Source of the DNA: Syntrophorhabdaceae bacterium | GTDB taxonomy: Bacteria; Desulfobacterota; Syntrophorhabdia; Syntrophorhabdales; Syntrophorhabdaceae | Length of the DNA: 64,000 nt | NCBI GenBank assembly: GCA_963666485.2 | Contig: CAXXUO010000003.1 | Coordinates: 128,001 to 192,000 of the forward strand | Direction of reading: 5' to 3' | Shown: one piece after another, positions 57,922-64,000 of the stretch | Layout: each line of letters starts with the position of its first letter | Numbering within the stretch: position 1 is the first letter of the stretch | Notes under the pieces: model-generated | Database searches by the model: none | What the model was told of the DNA's origin: nothing | Seen by the model: the letters and a program-made list of their open reading frames with translations, nothing else | Program-made: the position numbers and the translations under genes

Positions 57922-58607
57922 TCGTCCATCCTGTAGCCCGTTCCACGTACATTCCTGATCATATATGATGCCGCACCCAGTTTTTCACGCAGGTGCCTGA
58001 TATGAACATCCACCGTCCGGTCTATAACATACTTCTCGTCTCCCCACAGAAAATTCAATATCTGGTCACGCGTCTGTACCCGACCCCGCTTCATCGCGAG
58101 CAGGTGCAGGATTTTAAACTCCGATGGAGTGAGTTCGATAATTTCCCCTTTTATTCTTACCTCGTGCTTGTCAATGTCCATAAGGAGATCACCCATAATT
58201 ATTAATCGCTCCTCAGTGTCATGTGCAGTATGACGGCGCAGCACGGCACGTACACGGGCAACCAATTCCAGCGGCGAGAATGGTTTTGTCACATAATCGT
58301 CAGCTCCCAACTCCAGGCCCACAATTTTGTCCATTTCCTCGGTCTTTGCTGTCAGCATGATGATGGGTATGGACGATAATCTTTCGTTTCCCCGCAGATA
58401 CCTGCAAACCTGGAGACCGTCAACATCGGGAAGCATAAGATCGAGTATAACGAGATCAGGGAATTCTTTCGCGAGGAAACGGTAGAAAGATTCCGCTTCC
58501 GCAAATTCTTTTACCCTGAAATTCGATCTTTTCAGATGTATAGATACCAATTCCAATATATCCGGTTCGTCATCTATAACAGCTATTAATGAAGGCGCCC
58601 GAGTCAT
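57918..58607 (-). CDS. phoB: Phosphate regulon response regulator
   Basis: OmpR-type REC plus wHTH; overlaps phoR; upstream of pst. Confidence 0.9.
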   Translation of the reverse strand: MTRAPSLIAVIDDEPDILELVSIHLKRSNFRVKEFAEAESFYRFLAKEFPDLVILDLMLPDVDGLQVCRYLRGNERLSSIPIIMLTAKTEEMDKIVGLELGADDYVTKPFSPLELVARVRAVLRRHTAHDTEERLIIMGDLLMDIDKHEVRIKGEIIELTPSEFKILHLLAMKRGRVQTRDQILNFLWGDEKYVIDRTVDVHIRHLREKLGAASYMIRNVRGTGYRMDE

Positions 58608-58657
58608 AATAAAAACATTACCTTAACTTTGTTTTTTTGCATATTTTAAAATGGGAG

Positions 58658-58675
58658 TGTTAAGTTTGGATTAAG
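58658..58675 (-). promoter_or_regulatory. Putative Pho box upstream of phoB
   Basis: CTTAATC-caaa-CTTAACA, 11-nt period. Confidence 0.5.
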
Positions 58676-58756
58676 AATCTTCTTTTAGGCCCCCTTATCT
58701 GGTTTTTATCTTGATTAACAATGGTAAAAAGGTATAATTCCTACCAAAATCGTCCT

Positions 58757-59140
58757 ATGAGCTTAAAAGTCAGGATAAAAAAAGCAAAAAGCGAGGTATA
58801 TGCACTATATTTATGCTCCCGGCATCCGAAGACACCATTTTATGCCAAAGCACTAGCTATTCTCATCGTAAGTTATGCCTTGAGTCCGGTTGACCTGATT
58901 CCCGATTTTATTCCAGTTTTTGGGTACCTCGACGATCTTATACTGATCCCGGCAGGGCTTGCCCTTCTTGTATGCATTATACCGAATGATGTGCTTAGAG
59001 AATGTAGAGGAAAAGCCCGAGATAATATACTGAAATTAAAGATAAATAGCTTGCTGGGAATGTCCTTGATTATTTTTATCTGGATCCTTTCCGGCTATGC
59101 AATGTATCGATTCCTAATATACTGGCATCTATATTCTTAA
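58757..59140 (+). CDS. YkvA/DUF1232 membrane protein
   Basis: YALSPVDLIPDFIPVFGYLDD. Confidence 0.93.
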   Translation: MSLKVRIKKAKSEVYALYLCSRHPKTPFYAKALAILIVSYALSPVDLIPDFIPVFGYLDDLILIPAGLALLVCIIPNDVLRECRGKARDNILKLKINSLLGMSLIIFIWILSGYAMYRFLIYWHLYS

Positions 59141-59356
59141 AACCGAATAAAGAATGTGTATTTGTCGCGCGGGAATGAGTCCTTTAAAAAAATGTTTCGA
59201 TATCATATTTGCAGGGAAATGAATATAGGTTGATCAGCTTTGTATCGCCCGGTGGTAAAGATAGTTCATCCGATACAACGGGACGTGAACAATTATGGAA
59301 CGGGAAAAGATAACGGGAGATTGTAGCCGGTCATTTGACATTAGCGAGAGGTAACC

Positions 59357-60010
59357 ATGGAATTCTTTTTGATTAATAATGGGAAATATCCTGATGATAC
59401 TCTGAATGCATCTCTCGGTTTTTGGCTTCCACCTGACTCACCTTACGGCAATTTTCAACTCAAATTTTTCAAAATTATTCAAAGGCTGGATGAGGCTAAC
59501 CGTAGAATAATAGAGAGTTATGATTTTTGGCAGAGTTGCAAAACGCCGGGATTCTTACCACCTGGAGCCGTCGAATGCCACACATTAGCAAATGAACAGG
59601 CCATTTATATGATGCGAAAGGCAGCAGATGAACTTGTTTCGCTGATATCGTGTTTGTCGGAATATGAAAAGAACTCCAAATATCCCGAAAAAATGAAAAT
59701 TGATTGTATCGGGGCGGTGCTTAACCGGAAAGATGAGGACCAGGATCACATATACGGCAATCATCTGGATTTCATGCAATTACTCAACGAAATCGCTAAT
59801 GCCTACAAACATTCATTTGTCAATTCCGAACTCACTTTGGTAGGGATCGAAGAACCTCGTATCAATGCATTAGCGTTGAAGTATAACAATTTATCGTCTT
59901 CCCCGACGTTCCATGATGTTTCATTCTCGGAGCTCATTGTTAGATATAATGGTTTTTATGAGGATTGCGTGGCTTGGCTAAACCAATTTTCGGAACGTAA
60001 TCGGCCTTGA
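59357..60010 (+). CDS. Hypothetical AT-rich protein, possibly HEPN-like
   Basis: 217-aa ORF with RBS GAGG; helical; ANAYKH motif. Confidence 0.7.
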   Translation: MEFFLINNGKYPDDTLNASLGFWLPPDSPYGNFQLKFFKIIQRLDEANRRIIESYDFWQSCKTPGFLPPGAVECHTLANEQAIYMMRKAADELVSLISCLSEYEKNSKYPEKMKIDCIGAVLNRKDEDQDHIYGNHLDFMQLLNEIANAYKHSFVNSELTLVGIEEPRINALALKYNNLSSSPTFHDVSFSELIVRYNGFYEDCVAWLNQFSERNRP

Positions 60011-60049
60011 TTGAAGCAGGGACCAATGCATTCCTGAGACACCATGAAC

Positions 60050-60065
60050 ATTACCAATTAGTAAT
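60050..60065. promoter_or_regulatory. CzcR/CusR-type palindromic box
   Basis: ATTAC-CAATTA-GTAAT, 51 bp before the arnT-like ORF. Confidence 0.6.
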
Positions 60066-60116
60066 CTTTCTGTAAGCTTCCAGTGAAACCTGTTGTTCTA
60101 AAATGCTGCAGACATC

Positions 60117-61808
60117 ATGGCAACAATGAAAGGAAATTCTATGTCCGGCAGGCAAAAATCAGTTTTCTATTTAGCTCTTCTGCTTATCACCGTGATCCCT
60201 CTTTTCTCTTTCGGCCTGTCGAACCACGGACTCTGGACGGCCGATGAACCAAGGGTGGCGGAGATCGGGAGAGAGATGGCACTTAGCGGCAATTGGGCGG
60301 TACCGACACTCAATCAAGAACCGTTCCTTGAGGAACCCCCTCTGTATTATGCGTCGCTGGCCGCTGCGTTCAGAGCCTTCGGACCATCGGATGTGGTTGC
60401 AAGGATACCTTCGGCAGTGTTTTCTTTCGTGGGCATTATCGCGCTTTACTTTCTCGGCAGCCTTCTTCTTGGGCCGAGAACGGGATTCATTGCCTCTGTC
60501 GTCATGGCGACCTGCGGCGAGTACTTCCGGGTGGCCCACTGGGTCATCGTCGACAGTGCCCTGACCTGTTTTGTGATCCTTGCCCTCGTTTTTTTCATAA
60601 TGGCCTATCTTTCCAACGGACGACCGAAGAGGTCCATTCTTTACGGCCTGTGCTACGTTTCCTGCACCCTTGCCTTTTACGTCAAGGGATTCATCGGGGT
60701 TGTCATACCGGGCCTCGCTGTACTGACCTTCCTCGCGTTCGACAGGAACCTCCGGGAGGTACTCAGGATGCACCTGTGGCTCGGTGTCCTTATCTTTCTC
60801 GCCATGACCCTGCCGTGGTTTCTCTCCCTGTGGCACCAGGGCGGCAACGAATACCTCAAGGTCTTTTTCGTCCACAATCATCTCGAGAGGTTCGCGGGCG
60901 GCTCTACAGGCCACAGCCAGCCTGTCTATTACTACCTTGTTCAGTTCCCGACTGCCTTTCTGCCCTGGGGTATCCTCACTGTGCCCGTTTTTTTCCGGAG
61001 CCTTTGCCGGCAGAACGACACGCAAGGCAGGGCCGGGAAAGGTACTCTCCTGATGCTGTGTTGGTTCGCCGCCGGTTTTATATTTCTCAGTGTTGCGTCG
61101 ACAAAGCGCGCCCTTTACCTGATGCCTCTTTTCGCGCCGGCCTCTTTGCTGACCGCCGCGTATATCGATGCCACCATGACGGGGCTTGCCGTGAAGACGT
61201 GGGAAAAGACGTTCATACACATCTTCGGTCTCTTCCCCCTGCTGGCCGGCATCGCCGCAGTCCCCGCTCTTGCCGTCGTATCGAGAAAGCTCGGCTTCGA
61301 TCTACCCGCAAAGGAACTTGTCCTGACGATATTCTTTTCCGCAGCGGCAGTGATCTTTTCGGCAGTGGCCCTATGGAAGCCGGGGAAGGAAATGCCGAGA
61401 TTCTGGATGTTCTCATCGGCCTCGGTCCTGTCATTGCTTTTCCTGGGGCTGACTGCCGCCATACCCGTCCTCGATCATTTTAAAAGCTTCGTGCCGTTCT
61501 GCGAGGAGGTACAGGCCGCAGTGCCTTCATCGGCCCCGCTGTATGCCTGGCAACCCGATGAGACGCTCAAGGGCGCCGTCCCTTTTTATACGGGACGGTT
61601 CCTGAAGGACCTAGATTCTGTGTCTCAATTGGAAAACGGCCTTCACACCGAAAAGAACCTTTTCATCATTATACGGGACAAAAAGGGGGTGACGGAGCAA
61701 AAACTCCTGTCAACCGGCAAGGTGCATGTCCTTTTCAAGCAGTCTATGGACACCGACCGTTCTCTCGCTATTTTAAAGGCCACAAACGTCGACCCGGCGG
61801 GTGAGTAG
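60117..61808 (+). CDS. ArnT/PMT-like (GT-C) membrane glycosyltransferase (second copy)
   Basis: DEPRVAEIGREM, EEPPLYY, ARIPS, KG, LPW, YLMP. Confidence 0.9.
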   Translation: MATMKGNSMSGRQKSVFYLALLLITVIPLFSFGLSNHGLWTADEPRVAEIGREMALSGNWAVPTLNQEPFLEEPPLYYASLAAAFRAFGPSDVVARIPSAVFSFVGIIALYFLGSLLLGPRTGFIASVVMATCGEYFRVAHWVIVDSALTCFVILALVFFIMAYLSNGRPKRSILYGLCYVSCTLAFYVKGFIGVVIPGLAVLTFLAFDRNLREVLRMHLWLGVLIFLAMTLPWFLSLWHQGGNEYLKVFFVHNHLERFAGGSTGHSQPVYYYLVQFPTAFLPWGILTVPVFFRSLCRQNDTQGRAGKGTLLMLCWFAAGFIFLSVASTKRALYLMPLFAPASLLTAAYIDATMTGLAVKTWEKTFIHIFGLFPLLAGIAAVPALAVVSRKLGFDLPAKELVLTIFFSAAAVIFSAVALWKPGKEMPRFWMFSSASVLSLLFLGLTAAIPVLDHFKSFVPFCEEVQAAVPSSAPLYAWQPDETLKGAVPFYTGRFLKDLDSVSQLENGLHTEKNLFIIIRDKKGVTEQKLLSTGKVHVLFKQSMDTDRSLAILKATNVDPAGE

Positions 61809-61888
61809 GGTAACGGCAGGTGAATGAAATAGTCCGTTATGATAGAATTACGATCGATACAAGACAAGATTTATAGAGGAATTAAGTT

Positions 61889-62566
61889 ATGCGACTCTTA
61901 TTGGTCGAAGACGACCCGGTGATTTCTTCTTTTGTCGTGAAGGGCCTTAAGGAGGCCGGTTTTGCCGTTGACAGCGCCTCGAACGGAGAGGATGGGCTCC
62001 ACCTGGCGCTCGTCGAGCCGTATGACGCGGTCATTGTCGATCTCATGCTGCCGAAACTGGACGGGCTCTCGCTTATCACCACCTTGAGGGAGACAAAACC
62101 AAACATCCCCATAATGATCCTCAGCGCGAAACGCTCGGTCGACGACCGCGTGAAGGGCCTGCAAACGGGAAGCGACGACTACCTGACAAAGCCCTTCGCC
62201 TTTTCCGAACTCCTGGCACGCGTTCAGGCCCTGATCCGCAGGGCGACCGGTGTGCCCGACGCAACACGACTGCAGATAGCCGACCTTGTCATGGACCTCC
62301 TGTCGCGGGAGGTCACCCGTTCGGATGAAAAGATCGAACTTCAGCCCAGGGAATTTCTCCTTCTCGAATACCTCATGCGCAATGCTGGCAGGGTCGTCTC
62401 AAAGACAATGATCATGGAGCACGTCTGGGACCTGAATTTCGACCCGCGCACGAACATTGTCGAAGCACGGATGAGCAAGTTGCGCGACAAGATCGACCAT
62501 GGTCATGATAAAAAACTCATCCACACGATCCGGGGGGCCGGCTACGTACTTAAAGAAACTCTATGA
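61889..62566 (+). CDS. OmpR-family response regulator (CusR/CzcR-like)
   Basis: LVEDD, DLMLP, DDYLTKPFAFSELLARV, KLIHTIRGAGY. Confidence 0.93.
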   Translation: MRLLLVEDDPVISSFVVKGLKEAGFAVDSASNGEDGLHLALVEPYDAVIVDLMLPKLDGLSLITTLRETKPNIPIMILSAKRSVDDRVKGLQTGSDDYLTKPFAFSELLARVQALIRRATGVPDATRLQIADLVMDLLSREVTRSDEKIELQPREFLLLEYLMRNAGRVVSKTMIMEHVWDLNFDPRTNIVEARMSKLRDKIDHGHDKKLIHTIRGAGYVLKETL

Positions 62567-63626
62567 ACAACGCCACTCGGTAGTCTTCCGTCTTACCCTT
62601 TGGTACGCCGGGGTGTTCACCGTCTGCCTCCTTGTAACCCTTGCCGTCTTTTATTTCATTGTTCTCTATGGTACGCACGGTATCAGCTACCATGCCCTTT
62701 CGGAGATCAGGGAAGCTTTCCGGCATTATTTTGGAGTTCCCCTCGCAATCATCATAGTCCTGTCAGGCGCTATCGGCTGGTTCATGGCAAGACGTGCCCT
62801 GTCAGGAGTTGAAGAAATGACCCGCGCCGCCGTGGACATTTCCAACGGCAATCTCGACAGAAGAGTTCCTGTGACAGGGCGCAACGACGAGATAGATCGT
62901 CTAGCGATCACCTTCAACGCGATGGTGGGGCACACCCAGGCCCTCATGGAACAAATGAAGGAAATTACCGAAAACATCGCCCATGATCTCAGGGGCCCGA
63001 TCGCACGGATGAGGGGCCTCGCAGAAATGGCATTGGCCGGCAAGCGGATGGATGAAGAGACCGTTTCCATGGCCGGCCTTATAATTGAGGAATGTGACCG
63101 TCTCCTTGACCTTATCAACACCATGCTCGATATTTCTGAGGCCGAGGCGGGGCTTATAAAGCTCGACATGGAAAAGACAGACGTTGCCGGGCTCGTTGCC
63201 GAACTTCGTGAGCTTTTTCTGCCTTCCGCTGAGGAAAAAGATATAGAGTTTGAGACGAACGGGGCGGACCAACCGGTCCTTATCTTCTGCGACCGCCGCA
63301 AACTCCAGCGGGTTTTTGCTAACATCCTCGACAACGCGCTCAAATACACCCCTCACGGGGGGTGTGTGACGATCTCGACCGTTCATACCGATAAAGATGT
63401 GACGGTCACTGTCGAGGACACGGGCGCCGGCATACCCGACGAAGACCTGCCCCATATCTTTGACCGTTTCTTCAGGGGGGAGAAAAGCCGGTCAACACCG
63501 GGCAACGGGCTTGGTTTAAGCCTTGTTCAGGTCTTTACTCTCGTTCACGGAGGGTCCGTTACAGCTGAGAGCTCGCCCGGCCACGGTTCGCGTTTCACCG
63601 TGATTCTGCCGCGAACGCACCTTTAG
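62499..63626 (+). CDS. Sensor histidine kinase with a very short extracytoplasmic loop (start uncertain)
   Basis: Two TMs, HAMP, AHDLRGP, NALKY, GNGLGLS. Confidence 0.92.
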   Translation: MVMIKNSSTRSGGPATYLKKLYEQRHSVVFRLTLWYAGVFTVCLLVTLAVFYFIVLYGTHGISYHALSEIREAFRHYFGVPLAIIIVLSGAIGWFMARRALSGVEEMTRAAVDISNGNLDRRVPVTGRNDEIDRLAITFNAMVGHTQALMEQMKEITENIAHDLRGPIARMRGLAEMALAGKRMDEETVSMAGLIIEECDRLLDLINTMLDISEAEAGLIKLDMEKTDVAGLVAELRELFLPSAEEKDIEFETNGADQPVLIFCDRRKLQRVFANILDNALKYTPHGGCVTISTVHTDKDVTVTVEDTGAGIPDEDLPHIFDRFFRGEKSRSTPGNGLGLSLVQVFTLVHGGSVTAESSPGHGSRFTVILPRTHL

Positions 63627-63656
63627 TCCGTTCACATCCGTCAAGGGCTTGCCTCA

Positions 63657-64000
63657 TCAGGGCTGACGGACGAGCTCCAATTCATACCCTGAGATTTGTT
63701 TTTGACCTGTCCGGCTGCAGATGAGCACGTCCGAAAACATCGATTGAAATTTCATCTCGTACTCGAATAGTGTCCTATTGCACGTGATGCGGATACGGTC
63801 CGCCGAAACATCGATGGTGCCTTCAAAACTTCCCGTGCGTTCGGGCAGATCGCAGTACCCCGAATATCTGCCGGCGGGAACCACGTACTGTCCCGAGATC
63901 CGGTTTGAAGTGAGCATGCCAACGAAGATGAGCGGCACGTCAGTCATTGCACCGGAATGGGTGCTTCCTAACGATTTGATGGTCACAAAGTCATCGCCGA
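63657..64000 (-). CDS. Hypothetical protein (probably continues beyond the window)
   Basis: Open frame to the window edge; no recognised motif. Confidence 0.4.
   Translation of the reverse strand, partial: GDDFVTIKSLGSTHSGAMTDVPLIFVGMLTSNRISGQYVVPAGRYSGYCDLPERTGSFEGTIDVSADRIRITCNRTLFEYEMKFQSMFSDVLICSRTGQKQISGYELELVRQP

Larger units (their letters stand above)
41641..60010. mobile_element. Integrated/accessory island starting at tRNA-Ser; right boundary not determined
   Basis: Integrase abutting the tRNA, visibly more AT-rich DNA, pseudogenes, IS256, duplicate pst operon, backbone repeats absent. Confidence 0.65.

Noticed and set aside
41641..64000. Prophage or conjugative element
   Set aside because: No structural, replication, relaxase or type IV secretion genes are visible in the window

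Overview
The window looks like the chromosome of a deltaproteobacterium/Desulfobacterota-type anaerobe (inferred from gene content and order only). 1-41655 is a housekeeping backbone: secDF, trmI, a phosphomutase, rng-ispE-spoVG-tRNA-Gln-prs-rplY-pth-ychF, phoU-pstSCAB-pstB, tilS/ftsH, serA, rplM-rpsI-argC, fabH and tRNA-Ser. Its intergenic spaces carry two repeat families: CGTC-type REP palindromes, and fold-back elements with arms of tandem heptamers whose unit differs between loci; REP doublets sometimes nest inside the fold-backs. From 41641 an integrated accessory region starts. A large serine recombinase reads into the 3' end of tRNA-Ser across a palindromic att-like site, with an unannotated 59-aa partner ORF, a perfect sigma70 promoter and a divergent XRE regulator. 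Next come a tRNA-Arg 3' half, decayed genes, an RGPP-motif leader ORF before a CusA/CzcA pump, a second phoBR-pstSCAB-phoU-arsC cluster (arsC clipped by IS256), a HEPN-like ORF and an arnT-regulator-kinase operon. Most notable: (1) a PstB1/PstB2 pair whose motif losses all fall on one composite ATP site, (2) the integrase/tRNA overlap module, (3) the heptamer fold-back family, (4) the RGPP leader. Three +1 G/C frameshifts may be sequencing errors. All calls come from reading motifs by eye; no database searches were run.
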